From NCBI GenBank assembly GCA_963669175.1, contig OY769902.1, positions 2,304,001 through 2,368,000 on the forward strand: a stretch of 64,000 nt of DNA. The letters run 5' to 3'. This DNA is from a bacterium. GTDB lineage: Bacteria > Electryoneota > Electryoneia > Electryoneales > Electryoneaceae. The translations under genes and the position numbers were made by a program. This document shows positions 10,621-20,738 of the stretch, piece after piece. Every line of letters starts with the position of its first letter. Within the stretch, counting starts at the first letter, position 1. The notes under the pieces were generated by a model. That model did not search any database and had not been told where the DNA came from. It saw nothing but the letters and a program-made list of their open reading frames with translations.

Positions 10621-12099
10621 ATGCGCAAAAAACTGCTTACATTCATTGCTAGCCTTATATTGTTATTCATTATCCTTCCCCTAAGGCTTTACTCCCAAAT
10701 TCACATATCTGGCGAAATCAGTGGTGTTTTAACGGATACTATTTATGTGGTTGATAGTACTATTAGCATTTCTTGGCATGATACACTTATGATAAGCCCA
10801 GGTTGTAGCTTGTATTTTACTTCAGAAGCTTATTTTTTAATTAACGAAGCGGTTCTTATTGCTCATGGCACAAGTTTAGATAGTATCCTATTTACAGCAG
10901 TAGATATTACTCTAGGTTGGCCAGGAATAATATTTACAAATACCACATATGATCTATTTCAGTCTCAATTTTCATTTTGTATTTTTTTATATTCCAATAA
11001 CACTAGCATATCTTCATTATACTCATTAGCACCAGAAATAAGTCACTCTCGTTTTTCTTTTAACAACAACATCAGGTATAATAGTAGTTCATGTATATGT
11101 TATAATAACTCAAGAAATATATTCCTATATAATAATGTTTTTAAAAGCAATATCGCAATACCTATTAAGATGATTAGTGTTGTAGATGACACTTCAATAA
11201 TAAAGTACTGTCATTTTCATAATAATAACAGTGTATTATATGCCATTGATTCCAATTTATTGATTGATAGTTGTATTATTTCTGGTAACTATTGCGATAG
11301 CACTGGTTCTATCATTTCTTTACAATATTGTTATTATACAATAATGAATAGCATTCTAAATAATAATGTTTCTGGTAACACTTATGGTTGTATTAATACT
11401 AATTTTAGTAGTAATGGCAATATAGTAAATTCCACATTTTATAATAATCAAGCAAGTAATCGTGTTGGTGGTGTATTTGCTTATAGCGTAAATATAATAA
11501 ATAGTATATTTTTCAATAATTCACATATGCAATTTTATACATCTGCTTATAACAGTAATGTGTTTTATTCATGTTTCTATGCAAATGATATATCAAATTT
11601 AAATGACGGAATATTTGGATATCAAGATTATGTTAACAGTAATGGTGATTCGTGCGATTATTATAATAATATATTTACTAATCCGTTACTTTCTTTAGAT
11701 AATAATAATTTTTTAACACCATTGCAAGAATCTCCTTGTATTGATGCCGGTGATCCAAGTTATCCAACAGATCCAGACGGTAGTGTAGTTGATATTGGTG
11801 CAATATCGTACTCATATAATAATATAAGTAAATATGACAATGAGAATATTATAAACAATATTGCATTATCATTGTATCCTAATCCTACCAATAACAATAT
11901 AAGTATATCAACAAATGTTGTAAATACGATAGGTGAATGTCGACTCTATAATATTAATGGGCAATTGATAGAAATATACAATGGTGGCTATAGTAATATG
12001 ATGTCAATAGATGTTAGTAAATTATCTTCAGGATATTATATATTGTCATATAAGGTTAATGGTGTATTATATAATAGTAAATTAGTAATAACAAAATGA
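10621..12099 (+). CDS. Secreted parallel beta-helix protein with T9SS-type C-terminal domain (very AT-rich)
   Basis: Signal peptide MRKKLLTF...; QIHISGEISG start shared with the 17486 gene; SPCIDAGDP..DPDG..DIG motif; YPNPTN...LSSGYY...KLVITK. Confidence 0.8.
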   Translation: MRKKLLTFIASLILLFIILPLRLYSQIHISGEISGVLTDTIYVVDSTISISWHDTLMISPGCSLYFTSEAYFLINEAVLIAHGTSLDSILFTAVDITLGWPGIIFTNTTYDLFQSQFSFCIFLYSNNTSISSLYSLAPEISHSRFSFNNNIRYNSSSCICYNNSRNIFLYNNVFKSNIAIPIKMISVVDDTSIIKYCHFHNNNSVLYAIDSNLLIDSCIISGNYCDSTGSIISLQYCYYTIMNSILNNNVSGNTYGCINTNFSSNGNIVNSTFYNNQASNRVGGVFAYSVNIINSIFFNNSHMQFYTSAYNSNVFYSCFYANDISNLNDGIFGYQDYVNSNGDSCDYYNNIFTNPLLSLDNNNFLTPLQESPCIDAGDPSYPTDPDGSVVDIGAISYSYNNISKYDNENIINNIALSLYPNPTNNNISISTNVVNTIGECRLYNINGQLIEIYNGGYSNMMSIDVSKLSSGYYILSYKVNGVLYNSKLVITK

Positions 12100-12214
12100 T
12101 ATATTTTAGAGTAATGGGGGTGTTGACTGTGTGAGTAAATGGTAAGGTACTGCAACAAATAGTGTGTTAAGATAGAAAACATGGGTATACATGATAAAAG
12201 AAAGGGTTACAACG

Positions 12215-12418
12215 ATGATTAATACAATGAGGAAATACTCTGTTGTTTTAATTTCTGCGTATTTGGTGTTGTTAATTAGTGATATCAACGCGCAAAACAT
12301 AACAACGGATACCGTATGGGATGATGATGTGTTTTTGGATAATGATATAATTGTGTCCAATAACGCAACACTTACTATAAACGCAGGTGTTAGAGTAGAA
12401 AAAAATGATGCATATGAT
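12215..12418 (+). pseudogene. 5' fragment of a T9SS surface-protein gene interrupted by IS3
   Basis: Signal peptide followed by ITTDTVW...DIIVSNNATLTINAGVRV, a typical beta-helix N-cap; the frame ends on the TGA formed by the first three IS bases. Confidence 0.75.
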
Positions 12419-12480
12419 TGAAGAGGCCCCCGTAGTTTGGACATGTATTTATCAGTTTTAAGTGATGGTTCCTGTTTGGG

Positions 12481-13308
12481 TCATGCTGCTTCTGTTCGTT
12501 GTGTTTGCCAGTATACTTGATCTGGTGTTTGACTGTTCAGCGCCTGGTGAGGTCGCTTTTCGTTGTAGAATGTAAAATACTCTCCAATACCCTTTTCTGC
12601 CTCACGCAAGGTCTCGTAACATTTCAGATACACATCCTCATGTTTCAGGGATCGCCACAGACGCTCGATGAACCGATTGTCTACCCAGCGGCCTTTGCCG
12701 TCCATGCTGATCTTAATCCCTTCATCCTGCAACCGTGACGTAAACGCCACGCTGGTAAACTGTGCGCCCTGATCAGTATTGAAAATTTCCGGTGCGCCAT
12801 ATTTCGCCAACGCTTCGTTCAACGCGTCCACGCAAAACAGGTGATCCATCGTGTTGCTCAGCCGCCAGGACAGCACTTTACGGCTGTGCCAATCCATGAT
12901 CGCCACCAAATATCCGAAGCCTCGTGCAAGCGGAATGTACGTGATATCAGTACACCAAACCTGATTGGGACGGTCAATCGTCAACCCACGCAACAGGTAG
13001 GGAAAGATCGTATGTCCCGGTGCGGGGTGACTGGTGCGTTTCTTCTTCGGATACACCGTATAGATCCCCAGGATACGCATCAGACGACGCACCTTCTTCC
13101 GACAGATCTTGTAACCTTCGCCACGCAACAGGTCACGCAACATCCGTGACCCCGCGAAAGGATAAACCAAGTGCAACTCATCCAACCGGCGCAACAGCGT
13201 CAAATCTCGCTCCTTCAACGGTTTCGGCCTGTAATACGCCGTTGATCGAGGAACAGACAGCAAGGCACACTGCTTCGTGACCGGGAGTGTCTCGGTGGGC
13301 GTGATCAT
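12481..13308 (-). CDS. IS3 transposase OrfB (DDE integrase core)
   Basis: [39 protein letters not shown]; lies in the -1 frame relative to orfA. Confidence 0.95.
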   Translation of the reverse strand: MITPTETLPVTKQCALLSVPRSTAYYRPKPLKERDLTLLRRLDELHLVYPFAGSRMLRDLLRGEGYKICRKKVRRLMRILGIYTVYPKKKRTSHPAPGHTIFPYLLRGLTIDRPNQVWCTDITYIPLARGFGYLVAIMDWHSRKVLSWRLSNTMDHLFCVDALNEALAKYGAPEIFNTDQGAQFTSVAFTSRLQDEGIKISMDGKGRWVDNRFIERLWRSLKHEDVYLKCYETLREAEKGIGEYFTFYNEKRPHQALNSQTPDQVYWQTQRTEAA

Positions 13309-13613
13309 CGTTTTACGCTCGGCCTTGCCCCAGGTCCGAGCACACGTGATAAAAAATCACGTTCCATCGTCAACTGACCGATCTTGGCATGCAGCTCCTT
13401 GATCTCTGCGGCGGTATCATCCTGATGCACACCACGCTTGCCAGCGAAAAGACCTTCCGCCTGCTCAAGCAACTGCTTCTTCCATTGTACGATCTGGTTG
13501 GGGTGAACATCGAACTGCGAGGCCAGTTCCGAAATCGTCTTGTCACCCTTGACGGCGGCAAGCGCTACCGATGCCTTGAACTGCGCGGTTAACTTTCTGC
13601 GGGATCGCTTCAT
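13305..13613 (-). CDS. IS3 transposase OrfA (HTH)
   Basis: FKASVAL...TISELASQFDVHPNQIVQWKK HTH; coiled coil KIGQLTMERDFL; slippery T TTT TTA at 13350-13356 for a -1 frameshift into orfB. Confidence 0.92.
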   Translation of the reverse strand: MKRSRRKLTAQFKASVALAAVKGDKTISELASQFDVHPNQIVQWKKQLLEQAEGLFAGKRGVHQDDTAAEIKELHAKIGQLTMERDFLSRVLGPGARPSVKR

Positions 13614-13701
13614 CTTCCGCTCCTTCCGAAGAACCTACGGTCCTTCAATGTAGGGCGGAACCATCAACTAAACTACTGTCCAGTTTTTGGGCCCCTCTTC
13701 A

Positions 13702-15465
13702 ATGAAGCCAGATAATATTATAATAGTAAAGAATAGAACAGAAGGGGAAAAAGGAATAACGATAACTATTGATACAGATATAGATAGTGTTAATATAGAA
13801 AATATAGTAATACAAAAGGCAAATATGGGTGTTAATATAAAAAGAGGAAATGTTATAATAAGGAATACGATTATAGAAGGAGCGAATATAGCTGTAAATA
13901 TGTCTTCAGGGATAAGTAATAAGGTAATAATAGAGGAAACTACTATAATAGATTCAGATACAAATTCTTGTGGTCTGCATTTCTATAAACCAAAACTTGG
14001 AAGTAAAATAGAAAATACTAAGTTTATAGGATTATACCAAGCGTTATATGCTGCTAATGGCGAGTTGGATATCGAAAATTGTTATTTTGGTAATGTAGAT
14101 TCTGTGGAAACTCTATGTGAAACTACTGCAATTGAATTTGTCAGTATGTCAGGGAGCATGAAGAGAAATACAATCTACGGATATTCAACAGGTGTTCTTC
14201 TTTACGATTCGGATCCTGTAATCGCAAGGAACAAGATTGAGGAATGCGGCAATGAAGGTCTGTGGCTGATTAACGATAGCTATCCGGACTTGACTGATGC
14301 TGGTAATGGTGCGTATAACTGGTTGGAGTGCAATGGCGCTAACCACGACACTTCGACACAGGTGCGCATCGCAGGCAAAGTATATCCAAACATGAAAAAT
14401 GGTCAAAACAATATTTGGCCGGCATCTGTAGGTTATGCCTTTACAACAACAGGTATTCCTCCATCCACGGTGTCATTAAAAAATAACTATTGGGGTTCAA
14501 GTTCACCGATACCAACAAATTTGTTCAACAACTGGTCAACCGTTTTAGAGATTGATCCTTTCCTCATTGCGCCAGTCGCGTCGCCTGATGGGTACAGAAC
14601 ACTCTCTGTTTACGATGATATGCTGAACCAGGCGCTGGCGGCAATAGCTATTGATGATTACTCAACTGCGATAGAGAATTTGGAGGATATTGTCCTTGAA
14701 GACACGCTTGACAACAACAGAATCGGCGCAGTTTCATTACTGACGGATTGCTGGGTCAAGGCCGAAAACGATATTCCTATGTTTATAACATTCCTGCAGG
14801 GGCTGGCAGATTCTACAAGGAATGAGCGCATTGCTCATGAAGTGCTGCATTGTAAAGCCCAGCTTAACGCTGAACTTGGAAATTATGAGGACGCAATAGA
14901 TTTTTACGAAGGTGTAATCCTTGATCCTACTTCCAGCTTCGAAGATAGTATTTGTGCAATCATTGATGCCGGACGAATCTACCTGATACAAAACGGCCAT
15001 TTTGAGCAGCTTTCGGTGCCAGGTGGTAGCTTGGCTGAGGTTACACCAACGAAGTCGAGTGATCGTCAAACAGAGGCTACGGGTGGTTATGCCAGGGATA
15101 TTCAACCCCACTCCTATGGTGAATACCTGCAACGGTCACATGAATTGATTTCACAGCTTCGTCACCAGACAAGCTCTGATGTGGAAGAAGTTGCCTTGCC
15201 AAAACAGTTCGCATTGCATCAGAACTACCCGAATCCGTTCAACCCGGCAACATCGCTTCGGTTTGATCTACCTCAAAATGCACATGTTAAAATGCAGGTG
15301 TACAACCTGCTAGGACAGCGCGTTTTGACATTGCTGGACAAGCCGATGAACGCGGGATATCACCAGGTCATGCTTGACATGAGCCCCTTTGCTTCCGGCG
15401 TCTATTTCTACGCTATCCAGGCAGGTGAGTACTCTCAGGTCAAGAAGATGGTGTTGCTCAAATAG
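13702..15465 (+). pseudogene. 3' portion of the IS-interrupted T9SS protein (beta-helix + TPR-like helices + CTD)
   Basis: Open frame begins immediately after the IS end; no signal peptide; NNYWG, helical repeats, LHQNYPNPFNP...FASGVYFY...KKMVLLK; similar in architecture to the 53960 gene. Confidence 0.75.
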
Positions 15466-15835
15466 AGGAACAGTACTGAAGTCTTTTGCCCGTTTCATGA
15501 TGCGCACGGTTGATGCATCGTGAAACGGGCATTGTTTTTATTGTTGAATGTTTTTGCCGAGCAGTTCCGTGAACCATGCTTCTCCAACGAATTGCAGGCG
15601 AGTCATACAATCTCAACAAATGAATTCCTGATCAGGAACTCGAAAATTCACAGTGTTCAAATATTTTCAAGACCTGAATTCTTGAAACCCTTATCACAGA
15701 CTGCTTTCTTCCGTTTTCCCTCCAGGAGAAATCTTCACTTATCTATGTCTGTTTTCCGTAATTTATAGAAGTAGCATTGTTGTTTTATCCATTTACTATT
15801 ACGGGAGTTATTCCCGGGACATAAGGGTGAAGGAC

Positions 15836-17182
15836 ATGAAGACATTTGACGTTTTGGTTATCGGTGGCGGTCCGGCGGGGATTCAGTCGGCCATTTCCGC
15901 ACGTAACACCGATCCATCCTTGAGCATCGGCTTGATCCGGCGTGAAGATATCATGATGATTCCGTGTGGGATTCCGTACATCGTGAGCCGTTTGAACGCG
16001 GTGGAGGAGAACATTCTGCCTGATGTTCCGCTGGAAAAGAACAACGTGGAACTGATCATCGGCAACGTGGTACAGGCGGGCGATCATACCGTAACCCTCG
16101 AGGACGGTAGCGAGTATGGCTACAAGAAGGCGATCCTTGCGACAGGGTCTTCCCCGGTCGAGCCGAAGATTCCCGGCGCAGACAAGCAGGGTGTCTATTT
16201 CATCCGCAAGGATCACAACTACCTGCGGACCTTCCGTGAGGCGATCCTGGCCGCGAATAAGCCGTTGATCGTGGGCGGTGGTTACATCGGGGTTGAGGTC
16301 GCGGATGAATGCCTGAGGTCCGGCAAGGACGTTACCCTGGTGGAAATGCTGCCGCATCTGCTCGGCACCACCACGGACCCGGAGTTCGGCGACGCGGTAA
16401 AGAGCGAACTGGAAAGCTGCGGCGGAAAGATTCTGACCGGCGTTGGCGTGAAGGAGTTCACCGGTGAGGATATGGTTACCGGAGCGATCCTGACGGACGG
16501 TTCAACCATTGACACCGACCTGGTAGTGCTCTCGGTAGGGTATAAACCCAACCTGAAGATTGCCGAGATGTTCGGAGTGGATATTGATCCCTTTGCCGGA
16601 ATCATTGTCGATGAGAACATGCACACCTCGCAGCCGGACATTTCCGCTGCCGGGGATTGCGCGGCGAACTCCAATTTTTACAACGGCAAACGTGACCGTG
16701 TCATGCTGGCGTCCTCCGCGATGGCGCAGGGACGGATCGCCGGGTCCAACCTGCACAATATTTCCGTACTGAAGTCCTATCACGGCACCCTCGGTTCCTT
16801 CTCGACCAAGGTGAATAACCTCGCCATCGGTGCGACCGGACTAACCGAACAGGCCGCCAAAGAGCTGGGTATTCAGTATATCGTAGGGACTGCGGACACA
16901 ATGGATCGTCACCCCGGGAAACTGGCGGGAACGTCCAAGATGCACATCAAGCTGCTTTTCGCAAAGAATTCCCATACCCTGATCGGCGCCCAGATGTCCG
17001 GCGGCGATTCCATTGGCGAACTGGTGAACATGCTCGCAGTCATGATTATCAAGAAAATGACCGACATGGAAATCGATATGCTGCAGATCGGCACACACCC
17101 GCTACTGACTTCTTCGCCAATCGCCTACCCGGTTCTGCTGGCAACCGTGAACGCGATCATGAAATGGTACAAAAAAGAGTAG
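15836..17182 (+). CDS. FAD-dependent pyridine nucleotide-disulfide oxidoreductase (NADH oxidase/CoA-disulfide reductase-like)
   Basis: GGGPAG FAD motif, single redox Cys in IPCGIPY, LATGS, GGGYIGVE, AAGDCA, C-terminal dimerisation region. Confidence 0.9.
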   Translation: MKTFDVLVIGGGPAGIQSAISARNTDPSLSIGLIRREDIMMIPCGIPYIVSRLNAVEENILPDVPLEKNNVELIIGNVVQAGDHTVTLEDGSEYGYKKAILATGSSPVEPKIPGADKQGVYFIRKDHNYLRTFREAILAANKPLIVGGGYIGVEVADECLRSGKDVTLVEMLPHLLGTTTDPEFGDAVKSELESCGGKILTGVGVKEFTGEDMVTGAILTDGSTIDTDLVVLSVGYKPNLKIAEMFGVDIDPFAGIIVDENMHTSQPDISAAGDCAANSNFYNGKRDRVMLASSAMAQGRIAGSNLHNISVLKSYHGTLGSFSTKVNNLAIGATGLTEQAAKELGIQYIVGTADTMDRHPGKLAGTSKMHIKLLFAKNSHTLIGAQMSGGDSIGELVNMLAVMIIKKMTDMEIDMLQIGTHPLLTSSPIAYPVLLATVNAIMKWYKKE

Positions 17183-17210
17183 CTGCCCAAGAATAGCGGA
17201 ATGGTGATTG

Positions 17211-17245
17211 AAAGGCTGCCTGATTGTTGGGTGGCCTTCTTTTTT
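17211..17245 (+). terminator. Rho-independent terminator
   Basis: AAGGCTGCC...GGTGGCCTT stem with G-U pairs, followed by a T-run just after the stop codon. Confidence 0.65.
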
Positions 17246-17485
17246 GAGTTGGAAAGTTTACAAGTTGGAAAGTACTAAAGTTATACGATTGATTTAGCAA
17301 GTATTTGCTTTACGATTACTGACGAATACCGTTGTTGTTGCGGATGACACTGCTGGGGACAAAATGCTAAATATCCGAAATTACAGAATATTTTTCCAAT
17401 AGCTCCAAAACGAGTTGCATTATGTGATTTTACCTTCATAGTTTATTATCAATTCATGTAACAATTTTTTTGTGCAGGACTCAAG

Positions 17486-18985
17486 ATGATACGTCAACGG
17501 TTCCCATTGATTCTAATTTGCCTGACCTTCCTTGTGCTATTCCCTTTTGTGACCCATTCCCAAATTCATATTTCCGGCGAGATTAGCGGTACGCTGGTTG
17601 ATACTACCTACATTGTTGATGATGATATCACGCTCGCAGGTGCACTTCATATAGAACCCGGTGCACGATTGCTATTCGAACAAGGTACACACTTCACTGC
17701 GAACCGCCTGTTAGTTGCAGATGGTGAACCCGGGGACTCCATCTATTTTGAGTTGAATGATGGGGCCAACGCATGGCATGGGATTGATATTACTTACAAT
17801 TCGTCCTATGGCCATTACTTGAACTACTGTGTAATCACCGGGAGTATCAGTAGTGGTATAGACGCGTCAGAGGGAGCGGCGCTTCATTTGTTCAACAGCA
17901 GAATATCAGGAAACACATCCGAAGAAGTTGGCGGCGGAGTACGATTCAGATGTTTGAGTGGCGCAATCGATAGCTGCCTGTTTGTTGATAATGAAAACTA
18001 TGCGCTGTCAGCCAATTATTTTCTTGACAGTACTATGTTCAGCCACCTGGAGATAGTTCGTAACGACGGTGGCATACATATAGATTTTGAAGGAGGAAAC
18101 GTACACTTTTCTAATTGTAAGATCTATGAGAATTACCGTGATGGGGACGGTGCCGGTGTTTGTACCTATACAAGAACGGCATTTTATAACAGCCTATTTT
18201 ACAATAATATTTGCAGCAATAGGGGGGGGGCAATATACTCCTTCTACGTTATTGAATTGTATAATTGCACTATTGTCAACAATCATGCCGATTACAGAGG
18301 CAGTGCCATTTTTGGTTATGCCAGCAATAACCCGACCATTGTGAATACAATTGTAGCACTTAACAGTGGGAATAATGCGATAGATTTTTTGAGTCGTGAA
18401 TTGGGTTTGAACTATGATATTCACAATTCTTGCTTTTACAGTCCGGATTCCAGTGTCATACACCCTCATCCATACGACAGCCTGTTTGCCGTAATTGACC
18501 GGACAAATGCCAATGGGGATTCCTGCGACATTTTTAACAATATCTACCTCGATCCTGGATTTGTCAATGATACGCTTGATTATCATCTTTCCATGTTCTC
18601 TCCTTGCATTGATGCCGGAAGTCCCGATTCTCCTCTTGATCCTGACAACACTATCTCCGATATCGGTGTTTACTATTATGACCAGACCTTTGTCAGCGAG
18701 CACAGGGATTATAGTTGTCCAACCAATTTCGAAGTCTCACCAGCCTATCCCAACCCGTTCAACGCGACAACTTCAGTCTTGGTAGAAACCCCATTCCGTA
18801 GTCCGCTGACGATTCGTGTCTTTGATATCCTTGGACGATTAGTGTATTCCAGGAATAACCATACGGTATCAGCAGGACAACACTTGTATCAGATCAGTGG
18901 CGCCGCGTGGGGAGCGGGAACTTATTTTGTTCAAATCGAGGCTGGTGCTGAGAAAGAAGTTCAAAAGATTATCCTGTTAAAATAA
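17486..18985 (+). CDS. Secreted parallel beta-helix protein with T9SS-type C-terminal domain
   Basis: Signal peptide; QIHISGEISG; GGAIY repeats; NANGDSCD...SPCIDAG.PD..DPD..SDIG; AYPNPFN...GTYFV...KIILLK. Confidence 0.85.
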   Translation: MIRQRFPLILICLTFLVLFPFVTHSQIHISGEISGTLVDTTYIVDDDITLAGALHIEPGARLLFEQGTHFTANRLLVADGEPGDSIYFELNDGANAWHGIDITYNSSYGHYLNYCVITGSISSGIDASEGAALHLFNSRISGNTSEEVGGGVRFRCLSGAIDSCLFVDNENYALSANYFLDSTMFSHLEIVRNDGGIHIDFEGGNVHFSNCKIYENYRDGDGAGVCTYTRTAFYNSLFYNNICSNRGGAIYSFYVIELYNCTIVNNHADYRGSAIFGYASNNPTIVNTIVALNSGNNAIDFLSRELGLNYDIHNSCFYSPDSSVIHPHPYDSLFAVIDRTNANGDSCDIFNNIYLDPGFVNDTLDYHLSMFSPCIDAGSPDSPLDPDNTISDIGVYYYDQTFVSEHRDYSCPTNFEVSPAYPNPFNATTSVLVETPFRSPLTIRVFDILGRLVYSRNNHTVSAGQHLYQISGAAWGAGTYFVQIEAGAEKEVQKIILLK

Positions 18986-19084
18986 GGAAATACTTCCGGT
19001 AGGTTTGGCGATTTGCTTCTTGTTTGCGACCTTTGTATTCGGGTTGGCAATCGGAAGCGATCGCGTAACATGCTGGAGGACAAG

Positions 19085-19918
19085 ATGTTACATACTTCAA
19101 CGAGCCTGTATGACCGGTGTATGGAGAAGACGCCGGAGCAGGTGTTTGTGAACTCGCTTCGTCGCGAGTTTGAGCTTTCACCGGCTGCGAGTACGGGGAT
19201 ATTGGAGCTTGCCAAGCGTTGTTTGTTCGGTACGATGCCGTCAACGCTTGGCAAGCTTCGTTTTTTATGTGCGTCCAAGAAAGCTCGTCACGGTCGTCCC
19301 TTACGCGAACAAGACCTGATTCGTGTCGAACTGACACTGGATGACGGTGTTGAGGACTTGGATGTTCTGCGCGAACTGGGCGCTTCATCGCTTCGTCAGC
19401 AACGGATTCTTCGGCTAACCGAAGAGACGTACCAGCAGGGTGGGTTGCTGACACAGGAGGATCTGAGTCGTCTGCTGCACGTTTCAGATCGGACCATCCG
19501 CAAGGATATTGCGTTGCTGCTTGCTGACGGGAATACGGTGCATACGCGTGGCTACGACCATGACATTGGGCGTGGGTTATCGCACAAGGCACGGATCGTT
19601 GATTTGTACCTGGGTGGCCGGACCTATGATGAGATCATCCGTCTGACACGTCACAGCGCGTTTGCGATCAAGCGCTATGTGAGTACGTTTGGACGCTTGT
19701 TGCTTCTGCTTAGCCATGACATTACCGAGCTGACCGACCTGAGCCGTCTGCTTCAACAGAGCGAACGGTTGACGGGTGAGTACCTGGATCTGTTTGCGAA
19801 ATACAAACAGGGTGATCACTGGCCGACAAGCTATGTCGAACTTCTGGAGCAGTTGCAAGCACAGTATCCCTCAAAAAAAAGAGCGGGACAAGGTGGCGGA
19901 GGCGTCCATGAAAACTGA
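19085..19918 (+). CDS. DUF1670-like multi-HTH protein A
   Basis: RBS GGAGGA before ATG 19085; QQGGLLTQEDLSRLLHVSDRTIRKDI...TRG..HDIG.G.SHK...HS..AIKRY matches the DUF1670 pattern as I recall it. Confidence 0.8.
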   Translation: MLHTSTSLYDRCMEKTPEQVFVNSLRREFELSPAASTGILELAKRCLFGTMPSTLGKLRFLCASKKARHGRPLREQDLIRVELTLDDGVEDLDVLRELGASSLRQQRILRLTEETYQQGGLLTQEDLSRLLHVSDRTIRKDIALLLADGNTVHTRGYDHDIGRGLSHKARIVDLYLGGRTYDEIIRLTRHSAFAIKRYVSTFGRLLLLLSHDITELTDLSRLLQQSERLTGEYLDLFAKYKQGDHWPTSYVELLEQLQAQYPSKKRAGQGGGGVHEN

Positions 19919-20738
19919 GGTACGGAACCGTTATGAATCCCTGCCGAAGCGGAACTTTCGCACTGCGATCATCCGGTTGTTGGAAGAGCAGTACAAGATT
20001 CTTGGCAGCCACAAGGTCTTGGCCATGGTGGCGGATGACATCATGCAACTGCACCGTGAGTTCTATCCGGATATCGAGCAACGCAGCGGTGGCAGTATTG
20101 TGTGGCGTACGACAGGTGCACAGTGCCACAAGCCCAGCTATGGGACACGGGTAGAAGACTATGAGGTGAAGACCGTCATTCTTCCGCTTGTCACTGAAGA
20201 AGATGTGGTTGATCGTATTCGTCGCCACTATGGAAAAGACGGTGCGGGCAAACAGCGCGACAGGGATATTGCAGTGCTGGCGCGGTTGGTGAAAAGCGCG
20301 TACGAACAAGGCGGGTTATTAAGCGGCGCGGAATTGAGTGTGTTGTTGAACCGGTCGCTGACGACCATTGGCAAGTACATCCAACAGTATCATGAAACGC
20401 ATGATGACATCCTGCCGACGAAAGGAATCATGTTGGACCAGGGAAGCCGTCCCACACACAAGGCCGCAATCATTGACCTGTACGAACAGGGCTATCCGGA
20501 ACCGGATATCGCTCGCTTGACCACGCATACCCTTGAAGCGGTGGGTCGTTACTTGCGATCTTACAAAAACATCAAGTTCCTGATGGTCAAAGAACTTAAT
20601 CTGATGGAAATTGTGCGTACTACCGGACTCGGACGTAGTACAGTGGTCCAATATCAGAAACTGGTGATGCAGTATCATCCTGACCTTAAACCTAAAGATA
20701 AACAAAAAGATACAACGAAAAAGGACAAGAAAAAGTAA
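19908..20738 (+). CDS. DUF1670-like multi-HTH protein B (paralog of A)
   Basis: RBS GGAGG, start overlaps the end of gene A; EQGGLLSGAELSVLLNRSLTTIGKYI...PTKG..LDQG..PTHK...HT..AVGRY. Confidence 0.8.
   Translation: MKTEVRNRYESLPKRNFRTAIIRLLEEQYKILGSHKVLAMVADDIMQLHREFYPDIEQRSGGSIVWRTTGAQCHKPSYGTRVEDYEVKTVILPLVTEEDVVDRIRRHYGKDGAGKQRDRDIAVLARLVKSAYEQGGLLSGAELSVLLNRSLTTIGKYIQQYHETHDDILPTKGIMLDQGSRPTHKAAIIDLYEQGYPEPDIARLTTHTLEAVGRYLRSYKNIKFLMVKELNLMEIVRTTGLGRSTVVQYQKLVMQYHPDLKPKDKQKDTTKKDKKK

Larger units (their letters stand above)
12419..13701 (-). mobile_element. IS3-family insertion sequence (1283 bp)
   Basis: Ends 5'-TG...CA-3'; imperfect TIRs TGAAGAGGCCCCCGTAGTTTGGACA and TGAAGAGGGGCCCAAAAACTGGACA (reverse complement of the right end); orfA/orfB inside; GC much higher than the flanks. 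Confidence 0.95.

Noticed and set aside
12415-13705. 3-bp TGA or 2-bp AT target duplication for IS3
   Set aside because: TGA needs non-canonical TT...AA ends, and either choice gives a stop codon when the host gene is reconstructed.
19871-19882. -1 ribosomal frameshift at the A8 run fusing the DUF1670-like ORFs
   Set aside because: ORF B is in the +1 frame relative to ORF A and has its own RBS and ATG. Only transcriptional slippage could fuse them, and there is no evidence for that.
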